58,873 bases of DNA, from the IMG/VR virus record IMGVR_UViG_3300023181_000006, positions 1 to 58,873 of that record. One strand, 5' to 3'. This stretch comes from a virus. Positions 49,970 to 57,887 of this stretch are shown one piece after another (position 1 is the stretch's first letter; the number at the start of each line of letters is the position of its first letter). The translations under genes and the position numbers were made by a program. The notes under the pieces were generated by a model, which saw only the letters and a list, made by a program, of their open reading frames with translations, ran no database searches and was not told the origin of the DNA.

Positions 49970-50437
49970 TTATTTAAGGCCCAGCAGAGCTGCATCAGCC
50001 GCCGGCATCGTGGCCGGCATGCCAGCAATGGTCACCGTGACCTTACTGGTGTCCTCTGGTGGCTGTGGTGCGATTTCGGTAATGGATGCGCCCGCTTTGA
50101 ATTGCATAGCCATCTGCCACACCTTGTAGGCGCGCGCGGTGATGGGTGTGGTGTAGTCGCCAGCATCGTTCTTCTGCACGCTGAAGTGTTGCGCCTTGGC
50201 GGCCAGTTCGAACGCGGCGCGCTCGTTCGGCTCGATGTCGTCGCCAAGTTGCGCTACCACGCCCATGACGTCGACATCCTGGCAGACGCGCATAGCAGTG
50301 CTGACCAAGATTCGATCCTCCTGCCGACTGATACCATCTGCGCGACCATCGCCAGCCAGCGCCCCGCATGCTGAAGCACATGCATTGCGGATAGCCAGCG
50401 CCACGGCGATGCACTCGGTATGAGTGCTCTTTTCCAT
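49970..50437 (-). CDS. hypothetical protein (155 aa)
   Basis: ORF in the operon orientation. Confidence 0.55.
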   Translation of the reverse strand: MEKSTHTECIAVALAIRNACASACGALAGDGRADGISRQEDRILVSTAMRVCQDVDVMGVVAQLGDDIEPNERAAFELAAKAQHFSVQKNDAGDYTTPITARAYKVWQMAMQFKAGASITEIAPQPPEDTSKVTVTIAGMPATMPAADAALLGLK

Positions 50438-50447
50438 TTATTCCTCC

Positions 50448-50891
50448 TTATGGTTCGATATCCTGCAAGACCATTTCTTTATGCCTTGCTTTATGATGTA
50501 TTTGGCAGTACCACACAACTTCAAGCGGACGATCATAGGACTCATGATGAGCGACTGAATCCTCGCTTCCGCATACGATGCACGGCTGTCGCTCCAAAAG
50601 TCCGGAACGAATTGCCCGAGTGACTTTGTTGTGTGCTGATGTGCGCCGTTTATCTTCGGTTCTCCAACGATTTGATATCTGATACGCTGCAACCAACCGA
50701 TCAGGATCTTTGGCTCTATCCCGATCGTATTGGCGGTAATAATCGACTTTATCAAGTCTGTTTTTAGCAACATCTGCTCGTGTGCATTCCTTGCACTTGC
50801 CCATGTAGCCATCTGCCATACGGTGGTTTTTGTAGAACAATGAAATTGGCAGATGGCGAGAGCATTTAAAACATTTCTTAGAACTGGTCAT
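50448..50891 (-). CDS. HNH-type endonuclease (147 aa)
   Basis: N-terminal CFKCSRHLP...CKEC zinc ribbon. C-terminal CIVCGSEDSVAHHESYDRPLEVVWYCQIHHKARH. The gene is AT-richer than its flanks. Confidence 0.75.
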   Translation of the reverse strand: MTSSKKCFKCSRHLPISLFYKNHRMADGYMGKCKECTRADVAKNRLDKVDYYRQYDRDRAKDPDRLVAAYQISNRWRTEDKRRTSAHNKVTRAIRSGLLERQPCIVCGSEDSVAHHESYDRPLEVVWYCQIHHKARHKEMVLQDIEP

Positions 50892-50929
50892 GTGCTTCCC
50901 CGTATAGAAAGCACCATTATAGACCAGTT

Positions 50930-51580
50930 TTAATTAAAAGGGATATCGTCGTCAAACTGAACACTGTCCGGCATCCCGTCAGTATTCGCTGCTGCGACAC
51001 GTTGGCTTGGCGAACCCTTCTTCAGCGGCTTGTCGGCCAGCATGGCTACGATCTTTTCCAGCGCTTCAGGCTTGGTTTTGCTGGTCAGGATTTCGGACGC
51101 CATCAGTTCGGTGTCAGCCTGGAAGACGGCGAACAGACCAACGCGCCAGCCAGTTTCGCCGGTCTTCGCGCCATTCTTCATCTTCTCGTATTCTTCCATG
51201 CGCAGCAGCAAACCGATGCGCTTCCCCATCAGCTCAGCAAAACATGGCGCGTCCTGCAGCGTGTCCATGCTTTTGTCGGCGTCCCACTTTTTGACGTTCA
51301 TAGCGACCGGCTTCATGTTGCGTACTTTCAAGCAACCCATCATGGCGTTGATCTGGTTCAGGCCTTGCAACTCGGTGCCGTCAGGCTTACGTGTCCAGAC
51401 ATCGAAACGGCATTCACGGCCGCTGTCGTCTTTGAAGGCGAAGCCGATGCCATCGGTGCCGGCCTTAGCGCTGACCAGTTTTTCAGCGCGCAGGAACGTG
51501 CCGACATACTTGCCGGTATCTTGGATGTAAGCGCCGATGACGTCGGCTTTCTTAGCGAGGTTTGGGTCGAGGTTGTACAT
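50930..51580 (-). CDS. ssb: single-stranded DNA-binding protein (phage type)
   Basis: 216 aa ending in the acidic tail FDDDIPFN (SSB hallmark DDDIPF). It lies next to the Sak4-like ATPase. Confidence 0.7.
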   Translation of the reverse strand: MYNLDPNLAKKADVIGAYIQDTGKYVGTFLRAEKLVSAKAGTDGIGFAFKDDSGRECRFDVWTRKPDGTELQGLNQINAMMGCLKVRNMKPVAMNVKKWDADKSMDTLQDAPCFAELMGKRIGLLLRMEEYEKMKNGAKTGETGWRVGLFAVFQADTELMASEILTSKTKPEALEKIVAMLADKPLKKGSPSQRVAAANTDGMPDSVQFDDDIPFN

Positions 51581-51583
51581 GGT

Positions 51584-52255
51584 TTAGTCCTGTGCTGGTG
51601 GTGGGGTAATGCCGTAGTAGCCGCAAATAGCTTTGTCGACTTCGGCGAGGTCGTTCTCGATGTGGTCGTCTTCAAACAGACCGAGAGGCGATTTTGTCGT
51701 GTCGCTGCCGCTGTTCTGCGTGGCGAACACATATTGGTCGTTGATCTTGAGCGTGCGCAGTACGATCGTCACGAGGCCTTCCAGCACGATCTTCTCGTCA
51801 AGCAGCTTGCCAATGGTCTTTATCTTGGTCTTACCCGCCTCATCCGTGGTGGTGTGGCTCAGGATGTAGACGCGCTTGTGATCGGGCAAGGCCGACGCCG
51901 CCATAAACACGTCCCATGCCTTGCGGGCGATTTCGTTATACTTGGCAAACGCGCCATTGCCGCTTTCCTGATCGGTGACGCGGCGCATGAACTCGTTGGC
52001 GAGCGTGTATTGGAAATCGTCTATAACGATGATGTCGGCCTTGGTAGCGGCCATACTCTTGCAGATCTTGTCGCTGTTGTCGGTGACGAAGATATTGCCT
52101 CCGGCGCCTTTGACTGCGGGTTTCCAATCTGCCGAGCGAAATGGTAGTGGTTTTTTTACAGCTTGGATGAGGAATGTGTTGGCGGGGTCCAGGTTGCGCA
52201 GACTGGTAGATTTGCCGGTGCCGGACTCGCCCATAACGAGGGAGACGATGCTCAT
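51584..52255 (-). CDS. Sak4-like RecA-fold ATPase (AAA_24 type recombination protein)
   Basis: 223 aa. Walker A GESGTGKST, Walker B IIVIDD, and adjacency to the SSB gene. Confidence 0.7.
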   Translation of the reverse strand: MSIVSLVMGESGTGKSTSLRNLDPANTFLIQAVKKPLPFRSADWKPAVKGAGGNIFVTDNSDKICKSMAATKADIIVIDDFQYTLANEFMRRVTDQESGNGAFAKYNEIARKAWDVFMAASALPDHKRVYILSHTTTDEAGKTKIKTIGKLLDEKIVLEGLVTIVLRTLKINDQYVFATQNSGSDTTKSPLGLFEDDHIENDLAEVDKAICGYYGITPPPAQD

Positions 52256-52303
52256 GGTTTTCCTTGGTGGTTGCGATGGTTAAACTTGGTTGGTGTTGTG
52301 ATA

Positions 52304-52459
52304 TTAAAACGGTATTTCTTTGCGGTCAATCTGTTTCTTTCTTTCTTCTGCCTCCCGCTCAGTGATGGTCGGCCGCCAGATTCCGGTGGGCTTTTCTTCG
52401 CGCCGCGCTTTATCTTTATCGAGGCGCTTGGCTATTTCCTCTTTCGTTGGCTTCATCAT
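52304..52459 (-). CDS. small charged protein (51 aa)
   Basis: Read by eye: MMKPTKEEIAKRLDKDKARREEKPTGIWRPTITEREAEERKKQIDRKEIPF. GAGAGGGA SD is present. Confidence 0.5.
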   Translation of the reverse strand: MMKPTKEEIAKRLDKDKARREEKPTGIWRPTITEREAEERKKQIDRKEIPF

Positions 52460-52717
52460 TCCCTCTCTGCTGTCGAACTACCTTTCATCAAAACGCCCCC
52501 TAACCCCTGAGAGGTAGAAGAAGTCTTGACGTCATCCCGGAATACCGGATTCCTGTCGCTACGATTCACATCGTATGCCCTCGGTCACAGGATCTACGCC
52601 GACCGGTGGATTGTAGGAATTGCACCTTGCACGATGCTCTGTGCTACCACTTCCCTCTACTTCCTCGCCGCCAGGATGCGCGCTTGATATCGCTAGGAGT
52701 GCGCCAGAAATAGAAAA

Positions 52718-52800
52718 AGCCACTAGGTCTGGATTCCGGTCGGATGGCAAAGAATGGGGGCTATTCCACAATCTACCAACGGAATCCAAGCCTAGTGGCT
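52718..52800 (-). ncRNA. 83-nt interrupted hairpin followed (on the - strand) by a U-tract; candidate sRNA 3' end or internal terminator within an ORF-free structured region
   Basis: AGCCACTAGG (52718..52727) pairs with CCTAGTGGCT (52791..52800). TGGATTCCG (52730..52738) pairs with CGGAATCCA (52780..52788). The - strand continues TTTTCTATTTC. Confidence 0.5.
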
Positions 52801-52883
52801 CGAATCATTTAGCCCTACATTACTCCGGTTCCGACACCGTTACCCGTACGATACCTTAAATCAATTTCCGGCGCAACATGTTC

Positions 52884-52970
52884 CTAGTGGCGCTCGTCCG
52901 CCAGGTCGCGCCGCTCTGCCGCTGTCACCGGCTCAACCTGGGTTGGGCAATCGTCTACGATGCGGCTCAT
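52884..52970 (-). CDS. possible 28-aa ORF
   Basis: Read by eye: MSRIVDDCPTQVEPVTAAERRDLADERH. It has a TGATG overlap with the upstream stop. Confidence 0.3.
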   Translation of the reverse strand: MSRIVDDCPTQVEPVTAAERRDLADERH

Positions 52971-53170
52971 CACACGTCCCAATCGGTGTCGTATTGCGCC
53001 GGGTCTTTGTGATGGCTGACCTTTGCGAGCCGAAGCCCATACCCATCTTCGTAGCGGTATTTGAGTGGCACCCGCTGGTGCTTGCGCTTTCCTGCTGGGC
53101 CTTCCATAAACCGCATGTATGGGCCGGGGATCACTCCAGCATAGCGCCCTTCACGCTGATTGCGGCTCAT
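52970..53170 (-). CDS. hypothetical protein (66 aa)
   Basis: ATGA-coupled to the upstream gene. Confidence 0.5.
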   Translation of the reverse strand: MSRNQREGRYAGVIPGPYMRFMEGPAGKRKHQRVPLKYRYEDGYGLRLAKVSHHKDPAQYDTDWDV

Positions 53171-53769
53171 GTCTTCGCTCCTTGCCCAGCATGAGCAGCC
53201 AAGGCGGCACGAGCGATGTCAGCCGGCCATTGCTGCCCATTATCGGATATTTTTAGCAACGCCTCCACCAGCGCCGCATCAGGCCCGGCAGCGGCGAGGA
53301 TGGCCTTGCCGAAGCGGATCATATCGGGCAACGTCTGCCATCCTCCCGTACCATGGCTGCGCGCAATAGCTTCGATCTGCCCGTCCGTCATCGCCACTAC
53401 TGGCTTAGGCAGGGCAGCGATGGCGGCTTGCCACGATTCCCAACGATCGTTTGTCAGATCATCGAAGTAATACCAGCCGGCAATATCGTGTTGCGTCCCT
53501 GCTTTTTCATGCGTAGTCAATTCCGCCCACGCCTCAAACTTCTCCCGTTCCCCGGCTGGCGCAGCATTGGCGACTGAGGGAGCGGCTTCCGGAGGTATCT
53601 CGGCCCATTCGCACTGCTGGCTTACGGGCCAGAAAGGCTCGCCGTTGCTTTGCCAGAATTTGTGTATCGTATTGTAGTGAGCTATCCGTTTCACGTTGCC
53701 TTGCAGCGGATAGCGAACAATAATTACCGTGCCATCTAGCGGCGCGGAGTTCATAGTTTTCCAGTTCAT
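53167..53769 (-). CDS. hypothetical protein (200 aa)
   Basis: Coupled ORF with the N-terminal motif WKTMNSAPLDGTVIIV. Confidence 0.6.
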   Translation of the reverse strand: MNWKTMNSAPLDGTVIIVRYPLQGNVKRIAHYNTIHKFWQSNGEPFWPVSQQCEWAEIPPEAAPSVANAAPAGEREKFEAWAELTTHEKAGTQHDIAGWYYFDDLTNDRWESWQAAIAALPKPVVAMTDGQIEAIARSHGTGGWQTLPDMIRFGKAILAAAGPDAALVEALLKISDNGQQWPADIARAALAAHAGQGAKT

Positions 53770-54476
53770 TTCTTTTCTCCAGTAGCGATAGCGGCGTAAA
53801 GTGGCGTGGTGTAAAAGCCAAACGGGCCTTCGGTTGATCCTATGAGCACGATCTGGCGATTGCTTTCGATGAGTGGCCCATGGTCTTCATGCGGAGATGC
53901 GCTGGAATTGATCCAAATAGTAGGTTTCCGCTCCACCTCTGTCGGCGCTGCGATGGCTGGGGCAGCGACATAAGCAGCTACTGCAAGTGCAAGCTTCGAG
54001 CCGCGACCTGTGCTGGAATTGACGGCCGGCTGCGCAAGGTGGTCTTCCTCGTTCCACCCCAAAGGGCGAAGGCCAAGCCACCATTCAGTAGCCGCCTGCA
54101 ATACAGCTTCCGGCACGCTCGCTGTTACTACGCCTGACTGGGCGGCGACAGGGGTAGCTGCGCGAATTTCTTTCAGGTCAGCGATCATGTACGGAATCGC
54201 CCCTACGATAGTCCAGATATCGCCGCTAGCAGCGTCACATGGGTCGTAATAATTCTTCACGCGACCATGCGCATCCGCGACCAGATCAATGTTGTATGCC
54301 ACTTGCTTTCTTTGACCCGGCTCCAAGCCATCGCGCAGCACGCCCTCTGCCGTACCCTGCGTAGCCCCTAGCGCTTGCCATACGCGGTCATCCTTGCAGT
54401 CGGCGAAGTCGATTAGTTTGCTGGCGTCGAGAAGGCGTTGTAGCGCTTCGGCTGGTGTTACGGTTGATCGGCTCAT
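53766..54476 (-). CDS. hypothetical protein (236 aa)
   Basis: ATG 54476 has an ATGA overlap with the upstream stop. The ORF track's longer N-terminus overlaps the upstream gene. Confidence 0.6.
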   Translation of the reverse strand: MSRSTVTPAEALQRLLDASKLIDFADCKDDRVWQALGATQGTAEGVLRDGLEPGQRKQVAYNIDLVADAHGRVKNYYDPCDAASGDIWTIVGAIPYMIADLKEIRAATPVAAQSGVVTASVPEAVLQAATEWWLGLRPLGWNEEDHLAQPAVNSSTGRGSKLALAVAAYVAAPAIAAPTEVERKPTIWINSSASPHEDHGPLIESNRQIVLIGSTEGPFGFYTTPLYAAIATGEKK

Positions 54477-54676
54477 TGGGAAGCCGCCATAGCGTAGAGT
54501 TCTTCCTGTACAGCTTCGCGTGGCGTACTCATATCGGCGAACTCGTGATAGTCGGTGTCCGACCAATCCCACCACATTGGAAAACCCATATCGGGAATCT
54601 TGCCGTAACCGATGAGGGTATAGCGCACGCGCCATTGCAGACGGTGAATTGCTTTGATGATCTTTTTCATTTTCAT
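54473..54676 (-). CDS. hypothetical protein (67 aa)
   Basis: Coupled ORF. Confidence 0.5.
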   Translation of the reverse strand: MKMKKIIKAIHRLQWRVRYTLIGYGKIPDMGFPMWWDWSDTDYHEFADMSTPREAVQEELYAMAASQ

Positions 54677-54702
54677 TCCTTTAGTGGTGTAGGGACCAGC
54701 GG

Positions 54703-54945
54703 TTAGACTTCGGGTGGTGGCGGTGGGAGTGGCATCCAGTGGGTAGGCGAGAAAAAGGCCAAGCGCCCATCACGCTCCCAGCGCGGTGCACGCCCTTTTT
54801 CTGTCTTAGCGTACGCGTTGCTTGCGTAACTCATTTCACAAACCACGTCACCTTGCGAAACTAGCACTGTGACATGGCGCGAATATTCTGGCGCGGTGTA
54901 GTCAATCTCCGGCAGTCTGTCGCTGCACTTTATCCAGCCGCTCAC
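54703..54945 (-). CDS. DUF551-like protein (80 aa, GTG start)
   Basis: SGWIKCSDRLPE....VLV....THWMPLPPPP is the classic DUF551 pattern. Confidence 0.65.
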   Translation of the reverse strand: MSGWIKCSDRLPEIDYTAPEYSRHVTVLVSQGDVVCEMSYASNAYAKTEKGRAPRWERDGRLAFFSPTHWMPLPPPPPEV

Positions 54946-55052
54946 AGCACACCTCCAGCTTTAGCGCCCAGCAAGCAGGCGGCAACTATGATGGCGAACA
55001 GCCATGCAGCAGGGGCGTAGACGCAGCGACGGGTGGGTATCGGGTGGTTCAT
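54942..55052 (-). CDS. possible 36-aa membrane peptide
   Basis: Read by eye: MNHPIPTRRCVYAPAAWLFAIIVAACLLGAKAGGVL. ATGA overlap upstream and GTGA overlap downstream. Confidence 0.4.
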   Translation of the reverse strand: MNHPIPTRRCVYAPAAWLFAIIVAACLLGAKAGGVL

Positions 55053-55336
55053 GCCGACTCTTTCGCTTGGCGCTTCATTTCGCGTTGGCAGTCGTCTTCA
55101 TAGTCGCGGAAAACCACGAGGTTGATTGCCTTGCCGTAGCCATCGCTCCAGCCTTGGATATAGGCGTGCTCGTCAATCGTGAAATCCTGGCCGTCTGCGC
55201 GCTTGGAGATTGTCTCCATGCTGAAGATATTGAACTCGGTTGTAATCTCGACCGAGAATTTCGCGGCGAATGCAGCATGCAGCGCATCGCGGAATGCGTC
55301 CTGCATCTCACGGCGCATGTTGCTCAACTTGCTCAT
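55049..55336 (-). CDS. first gene of the leftward early operon (95 aa), hypothetical
   Basis: ATG 55336 has an AAGGAGG SD. The ORF track's 134-aa version extends into the promoter region. Confidence 0.6.
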   Translation of the reverse strand: MSKLSNMRREMQDAFRDALHAAFAAKFSVEITTEFNIFSMETISKRADGQDFTIDEHAYIQGWSDGYGKAINLVVFRDYEDDCQREMKRQAKESA

Positions 55337-55382
55337 ATTACCTCCTTTATTCAGCATCGCGGATGCGGTGCCATTGGGTATA

Positions 55383-55411
55383 ACTTTACACGCAGCGAAT
55401 TCGCAACGCAA
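55383..55411 (-). promoter_or_regulatory. Candidate leftward early promoter with a palindromic operator in its spacer
   Basis: On the - strand: TTGCGT, 17 nt, TAAAGT. The spacer contains the perfect palindrome GCGAATTCGC (55395..55404). Confidence 0.45.
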
Positions 55412-55444
55412 GCACTTTCTTTCGCCGACAGCTAAATTAAAAGC

Positions 55445-55473
55445 TTGCGGCAAGATTCGCTGTGTGCGACAAT
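55445..55473 (+). promoter_or_regulatory. Candidate rightward early promoter with an inverted repeat in its spacer
   Basis: TTGCGG, 17 nt, GACAAT. The spacer contains TCGC-N5-GCGA (55457..55469). Confidence 0.45.
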
Positions 55474-55499
55474 AATCTCAGCAATTAACCAATGGAGAA

Positions 55500-55739
55500 A
55501 TGATGACTAAGACGAAAATTGAAGATAACTCGGGCGGGCTGTTCGACTATCTGCGGACACGGTACAAGAAGAGCACGGACAGTGAACTAGCTGCGTTCAT
55601 CGGCACGACTGCATCCGTGGTTAGCGAGATTCGTCACGGCAAGCGGCTGGTAAATGACCAGCTACTAGTGCGTATCTGCTTGGCGTCGAATCTGTCGCTG
55701 AAAAAGGCACTGGCGTTGATTGCGCATCGAGGCGAGTAA
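55500..55739 (+). CDS. HTH DNA-binding protein, Cro-like position (79 aa)
   Basis: First gene of the rightward operon. HTH-like segment SDSELAAFIGTTASVVSEIRHGKR. GGAGA SD is present. Confidence 0.65.
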   Translation: MMTKTKIEDNSGGLFDYLRTRYKKSTDSELAAFIGTTASVVSEIRHGKRLVNDQLLVRICLASNLSLKKALALIAHRGE

Positions 55740-56083
55740 TGCACGCTGACACCGAAATCAACATCTTCCGCTCGCTGGATTTCATCCGGGACAATGCGCC
55801 GCTTTACGCTAAAGCAAAAAGCGATCGCATCTATCTGGAGGAATTCAGGAAGTCGAAGAAGGCGCTACTGATGCGCGAGGCTGAACAGGCCGGACACAAG
55901 ACCGGGGCCATGCAAGAACGCGAGGCCTACGCCCATCCAGGCTATCTAGAGTTGCTGGAAGGTTTGCGCGCAGCCGTCGAGGAAGAAGAAAAGTTTCGGT
56001 GGCTGATGGTTGCAGCTCAAGCCAAGATAGAGGCATGGCGGACCATCGAGGCAAATCGCCGCGCTGAAGCAAAGACGCTTTAA
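55739..56083 (+). CDS. hypothetical coiled-coil protein (114 aa)
   Basis: TAATG-coupled ORF. Confidence 0.55.
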   Translation: MHADTEINIFRSLDFIRDNAPLYAKAKSDRIYLEEFRKSKKALLMREAEQAGHKTGAMQEREAYAHPGYLELLEGLRAAVEEEEKFRWLMVAAQAKIEAWRTIEANRRAEAKTL

Positions 56084-56104
56084 CTCACCTAACGAAGGAA
56101 GATC

Positions 56105-56374
56105 ATGAAACTGGAAATCAGTCAGTCCACCATTGACACGGTGCGTGCAGTCAGTGAGCAGAACGAGCGCGAGTACGAATCGCAAAAGACAAAATCACAG
56201 TGGGCGACATTAAGCGAAATGCATAACCAGAACCCTACCCGCCACCGCCTGACGCACGCCGAAGCAGTAGATCGCGCAGCCCTCCTGGCAATGTTCGACC
56301 AGCTAGATAGTCGTGGACAGAAAACAACGCTGGCGATGCTGGCTGTTGCCGTCAAGCTGCACCCACGGAGCTAA
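56105..56374 (+). CDS. hypothetical protein (89 aa)
   Basis: GAAGGAAG SD. Confidence 0.55.
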   Translation: MKLEISQSTIDTVRAVSEQNEREYESQKTKSQWATLSEMHNQNPTRHRLTHAEAVDRAALLAMFDQLDSRGQKTTLAMLAVAVKLHPRS

Positions 56375-56376
56375 TC

Positions 56377-57156
56377 ATGACCGACCTGATCCCTCATCCT
56401 CAGTCGCTGAAACGTAACATGGACCTTCGCCGCGTGATGGACATGCTGGCTCGCCACCCTGGCGGCATGTCGGCGCGCGAGATTCGCGAAGGCATGAGCC
56501 TGTCCATGAAGCGCTGCGACGAGTACATCATCACCATGCGCTGCGGTGGCGTGATTGACCGACTCAAATCAAGCCCTGACGGCAAGAAGGCAGTCTACCG
56601 CTATTGCGTGGTTGCCGACGCTAGCGGTATTGAAAAGTTCTTGGCTGGCCTGTCCGCTCGGTTCGCCAAGCCGCTTGGTCAGCAGCGCCTGGCCATCCGT
56701 ATGCCGCCGCCTCCAGCGCCAAAGCTTACCCCGAAGAAACCACGTATCACAAGGAGAGATAGTGTGACCGATTTACAACAGACAATGCTGAAGCGCATGC
56801 AGAACATGTACGATTTCATCGCCGCCAATCCCGGCTGCGGCATGGTGGCGATTTGTGCGCACTACCAGCAGTCAGCGTCAACCCTGCGCGCTCCGCTGCA
56901 CCATCTGCGCGACGGCGGCTACATCGACGCCACGGTAGGCAAACGCACGTTCCAAGGCCAGAATCCTACCAGCTATTCGATCGGTGACATCGGCCGCCCT
57001 ACTACCCCCCCCCAACGCAAGCCTATCCTGGCAATGGCCGAACGCGCCATGATTGACCCGATGATCAAGCGCATCATCAAGCCGGCCAAGCAACTGGGCA
57101 TGGCGCCGTATGCGGATTTGCCGATGGACTTCTTCCGGCCGGCGGTGGCTGCATGA
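56377..57156 (+). CDS. protein with two winged-helix (MarR-like) domains (259 aa); regulator or replication initiator candidate
   Basis: LRRVMDMLARHPGGMSAREIREGMSLSMKRCDEYIITM and MYDFIAANPGCGMVAICAHYQQSASTLRAPLHHLRDGGYI. Confidence 0.6.
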   Translation: MTDLIPHPQSLKRNMDLRRVMDMLARHPGGMSAREIREGMSLSMKRCDEYIITMRCGGVIDRLKSSPDGKKAVYRYCVVADASGIEKFLAGLSARFAKPLGQQRLAIRMPPPPAPKLTPKKPRITRRDSVTDLQQTMLKRMQNMYDFIAANPGCGMVAICAHYQQSASTLRAPLHHLRDGGYIDATVGKRTFQGQNPTSYSIGDIGRPTTPPQRKPILAMAERAMIDPMIKRIIKPAKQLGMAPYADLPMDFFRPAVAA

Positions 57157-57887
57157 GCGGCGTCTACTATAACGAAATAGAGCCGCACGCGGCTAAATGG
57201 CTTTGCAATCTAATCCGTGCAGGCCATATAGCTGATGGAGTGGTAGACACTAGGAGTATAGAGGATGTTAGACCAAGCGACTTGCGCGGATTCACCCAAT
57301 GTCATTTTTTCGCCGGACTCGGAGGATGGAGCCTTGCTCTTCGTTCCGCCGGCTGGTCAGATGATAGACCTATTTGGACCGGTTCCGCACCTTGCCAACC
57401 TTTCAGCGCGGCAGGCAAAGGACTTGGGGTTGCTGACGATAGGCACCTCTGGCCAGCATATGCCCATCTTATCCAAGAGTGCAAGCCTGCAGTTGTCGCT
57501 GGCGAGCAAGTTGCAAGCAAGGCTGGAAGGGATTGGCTCTCCATTGTTCGATCTAACTTGGAAGCTATGGGATATGCAACAGGGGCCGCCGATCTGTGCG
57601 CTGCGGGCATCGGCGCACTTCACATCAGGCAGCGCCTCTACTGGGTTGCCCACTCCAAGCGGGACAAGCAACCATGGAAAGAATCATGTGGCGGGCAGGC
57701 TGGACGAGTGGGGAGGGTCAAGCAACCCTTTCCGTGGGAGAGAAATTGGGAAAGTGCACTCACCGGGTTTCGAGCTATGGGTGATGGGATACCCCGATGC
57801 GTGGCGGGAACAGATGCCGCCCGCAATGCCATTGTCCCGCAAGTCGCGAAAGCCTGGATAGAAACCGTGATGGAGTGCATAGCATGA
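57153..57887 (+). CDS. DNA (cytosine-5)-methyltransferase, compact type
   Basis: 244 aa. FFAGLGGWS (motif I), GSAPCQPFSAAGK (IV), VAGEQV (VI, ENV-like), ALHIRQRLYWVA (VIII) and RNAIVPQVA (X). Confidence 0.8.
   Translation: MSGVYYNEIEPHAAKWLCNLIRAGHIADGVVDTRSIEDVRPSDLRGFTQCHFFAGLGGWSLALRSAGWSDDRPIWTGSAPCQPFSAAGKGLGVADDRHLWPAYAHLIQECKPAVVAGEQVASKAGRDWLSIVRSNLEAMGYATGAADLCAAGIGALHIRQRLYWVAHSKRDKQPWKESCGGQAGRVGRVKQPFPWERNWESALTGFRAMGDGIPRCVAGTDAARNAIVPQVAKAWIETVMECIA

Noticed and set aside
52559-52859. 76-aa (-) and 79-aa (+) ORFs covering the structured region
   Set aside because: They have no SD and are mutually antisense. Their composition is unlike neighbouring proteins, and the DNA is better explained by extensive inverted repeats. 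The region is treated as non-coding, with the caveat that this needs transcript and homology data.
57726-57732. CCCTTTC heptamer that fits the X_XXY_YYZ -1 slippery pattern in frame B of the C5-MTase region and would shift into frame A
   Set aside because: A single heptamer can occur by chance and I could not identify a downstream stimulatory structure. A shift here would also skip the WVMGYPDAW segment, so it does not support the most attractive recoding model. It is recorded only as something to check.
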